Shown here: piece after piece, positions 44,435 through 44,925 of the stretch
Position numbering within the stretch: position 1 is the first letter of the stretch
Layout: each line of letters opens with the position of its first letter
IMG/VR virus record: IMGVR_UViG_3300023267_000003
Coordinates: 1 to 44,925 of that record
Direction: 5' to 3' (one strand)
Source of the DNA: a virus
Taxonomy: Duplodnaviria > Caudoviricetes
Length of the DNA: 44,925 bases
Notes under the pieces: model-generated
The model's input: the letters and a program-made list of their open reading frames with translations, nothing else
The model's database searches: none
Told to the model about the DNA's origin: nothing
Translations under genes and position numbers: made by a program

Positions 44435-44620
44435 CGCTGCGGGCCGGTCGCTACTCCGGGTCCGGCTTGACCTACACCGGCGCAACCCATCCGTGGTCGT
44501 TTGGTAGGTGGAGCTTTCCACGCCGCCGCAGCAATTCACCCTATCCCGCTATAGCTCCCCGTGCAACTCATCCACTACGGGGTGACGCGTGCGCGGCAGC
44601 GCAGCTTAACGCGGAGCGAG

Positions 44621-44925
44621 CTAAGTCTTTGTATCACCTAAAGGAATAGACTCTAGGGCGGAGAGACAGGCGCGAGCTGCTTCGCGAAGGCCCGCATATC
44701 CGACCCAGCTAGGTCCCACGATAGCAGCCGCCGACAACGCGGAGGCCACCAGCTCGCCGACAGCCTTGCGAAGGATCAGCTCTCCCGTATCAGGAGACTT
44801 GGGGGGGGGGGGCGATGGCAGCTCCGAACATGGCTGAGCCGCCGATGGTTTCGGTTCTGAGTTCGCTCCGGTCGGCCTTGCCTCCCTCTCGCCCTGTCTT
44901 CGATGTGTTGTCGGGAGGGGTAGTC
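44621..44925 (-). pseudogene. 3' part of an early ORF that starts at 136 across the junction; frameshifted at the G12 tract
   Basis: C12 gives an early TGA; C11 reads through 60 more codons to TAG at 44621. Confidence 0.55.
44792..44925. repeat. Terminal direct repeat, right copy
   Basis: Matches 1..134. Confidence 0.95.

Noticed and set aside
44435-44620. Possible sRNA between convergent operons
   Set aside because: Only a few short stems (e.g. CCCCGT/ACGGGG); compatible with ordinary termination signals.

Overview
The window appears to be a complete, circularly closed ~44.8-kb GC-rich tailed-phage genome: 1..134 is repeated at 44792..44925 with one mismatch. The virion module looks podovirus-like (P22 gp10-like protein, ejection proteins, no tape measure). 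The host is probably alphaproteobacterial; this is an inference from gene content. Layout: (1) leftward early arm (8720 to 1, wrapping to 44621) with ERF, NinB, HNH, an atypical C5-MTase and many small mosaic ORFs; (2) rightward arm from a Cro-like gene through HNH, MT-A70 MTase, RusA, a DnaA-C-like protein and a replication-protein-like C-terminal domain; (3) a HigA-like HTH gene divergent from a ~470-nt heavily base-paired non-coding segment that leads into a GIY-YIG nuclease; (4) morons; (5) terminase, portal, GroES, scaffold, capsid, adaptor, a minus-strand cluster of three atypical tRNAs, ejection proteins, two tailspikes and a holin/M15 endolysin/spanin cassette. I recognised no integrase, CI, polymerase, helicase or primase. 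The strongest novelty candidates are the HTH / large structured RNA / GIY-YIG locus, short direct repeats bounding gene and domain cassettes, a G12 tract that switches an ORF off, two repeated late-promoter-like motifs and the non-canonical tRNAs. All product calls come from recognising motifs by eye; no searches were run.
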